The notes beneath the pieces were generated by a model. That model was not told the DNA's origin, did not search any database, and saw only the letters and a list, made by a program, of their open reading frames with translations. From an uncultured Mycoplasmatota bacterium (GTDB lineage: Bacteria > Bacillota_I > Bacilli_A > RF39 > UBA660): a DNA stretch of 64,000 nt. Both the position numbers and the translations under genes were made by a program. The stretch covers positions 23,623 to 87,622 of the forward strand of contig CAMZCT010000003.1 in the NCBI GenBank assembly GCA_947305065.1, in the 5' to 3' direction. Positions 63,370 through 64,000 of the stretch are shown here, piece after piece. The number at the start of each line of letters is the position of its first letter. The first letter of the stretch is position 1.

Positions 63370-64000
63370 GTGAAGCTAAGGAATATTGTTTGTTTTATAC
63401 TATTTGTTTTGTTAGCTTTTTTATCATATTACTTGTTTACAAATGATTTTTATTCATACTTAATAATAGTTGGTCCCGTTGATTTAATAGCGTTATTCTT
63501 TACTTTTAAAGGTTTAGGGGGAAGTAAAACTCCTGAAGATGAGTATAATAGTTTTCTACGAGAAATAATGAAAACTTATGATGCGGTATTGATAGATGTT
63601 GTTGAAATGCCTAATGTCGATGGTAGAAGTATTATAAAAGTAACGAATTTTGAAGACTTAATAGATGCTCAGATAGAGATAAGAAAACCTATTTATTTTA
63701 AGAGAGATGATAGAAGTTCTTTATTTGTTTTATTAGATGACAAACAAGTTTGTATATTTATTTTGAAGGTAGATGATAAGGAAGAATCTCGTTTTGATAA
63801 ATGGGTAGCAGAACAAGAAAAAGAAAAAGTTAAATTTGATGAAAGTTTATTATCTGATATAGAGAATACAACAATAGTAAAACTAGATAATAATAAATCA
63901 TATAGGATATCTCCTATAAGAGAAAAAGGAAAGAATGTAATTAAAAATTATAAGGAATTAGAAAAAACATTATCTGGTTTACCTAAGTTGAAGGATACTA
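63370..64000 (+). CDS. Two-TM membrane protein, partial (runs off the window end). Fourth gene of the TasA-like locus
   Basis: GTG 63370 lies 1 nt after the upstream stop. The frame is open to the window end (210 codons, checked by hand). N-terminal helices are IVCFILFVLLAFLSYYLF and LIIVGPVDLIALFFTF, followed by a soluble region. It is absent from the ORF track because it has no stop in the window. Confidence 0.55.
   Translation, partial: MKLRNIVCFILFVLLAFLSYYLFTNDFYSYLIIVGPVDLIALFFTFKGLGGSKTPEDEYNSFLREIMKTYDAVLIDVVEMPNVDGRSIIKVTNFEDLIDAQIEIRKPIYFKRDDRSSLFVLLDDKQVCIFILKVDDKEESRFDKWVAEQEKEKVKFDESLLSDIENTTIVKLDNNKSYRISPIREKGKNVIKNYKELEKTLSGLPKLKDT

Noticed and set aside
1-64000. Search for CRISPR arrays, tRNA or rRNA genes, transposases, integrases, prophage genes and recognisable defence systems (restriction-modification, TA, Abi and similar)
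   Set aside because: None were found by eye. There are no direct-repeat/spacer arrays, no tRNA-like GGTTCGA(A/T)TCC T-arm motifs and no recombinase or nuclease-helicase signatures. The intergenic regions are accounted for by promoters, T-boxes, CIRCE, rnpB and terminators.

Overview
This is a visibly AT-rich chromosomal segment from a low-GC Gram-positive bacterium (Bacillota) using the standard genetic code (TGA is a stop, TGG encodes Trp). All calls were made by eye from the sequence and ORF track, with no database search.

Most of the window is housekeeping, and the gene order is strongly Bacillus-like:
- T-box-trpS, trmB, engB and der
- T-box-thrS, cca, dnaD-nth
- recU-ponA divergent from gpsB, then rnpB, rodZ-like-pgsA-recA
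- hrcA-grpE-dnaK-(pepF)-dnaJ preceded by two CIRCE operators
- an M16 peptidase pair, rpsD, ezrA, a nifZ-like gene, thiI, ackA, nrnA and recX

I saw no tRNA or rRNA genes, CRISPR arrays, transposases, integrases or phage genes.

The accessory or unusual content is:
1. A cell-surface gene cluster at 2.4-10.2 kb. It includes a ~1670-aa papain-like (C1) peptidase carrying GLUG, Big_2, six Listeria-Bacteroides repeats and a C-terminal dockerin.
2. Two orphan tandem type IV pilin-like genes wedged between engB and der.
3. A single ORF fusing an MTH1-like Nudix hydrolase to a divergent, short adenylosuccinate-synthetase-like module, directly after dnaD-nth. This is my top candidate for undescribed biology. 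It resembles the phage MazZ+PurZ logic.
4. A cysteine-desulfurase homologue at the conserved nifZ-thiI position that has lost both the PLP lysine and the catalytic cysteine. It sits next to an exported rhodanese and a small kinase-fold protein.
5. A ThrRS lacking the N-terminal TGS domain, with a translationally coupled 78-codon ORF inside the T-box-regulated leader.
6. A TasA/camelysin-like fibre locus at the 3' end, whose SipW-type signal peptidase is fused to a ~275-aa polytopic membrane domain.
7. A HAD hydrolase interrupted by one in-frame TAA.
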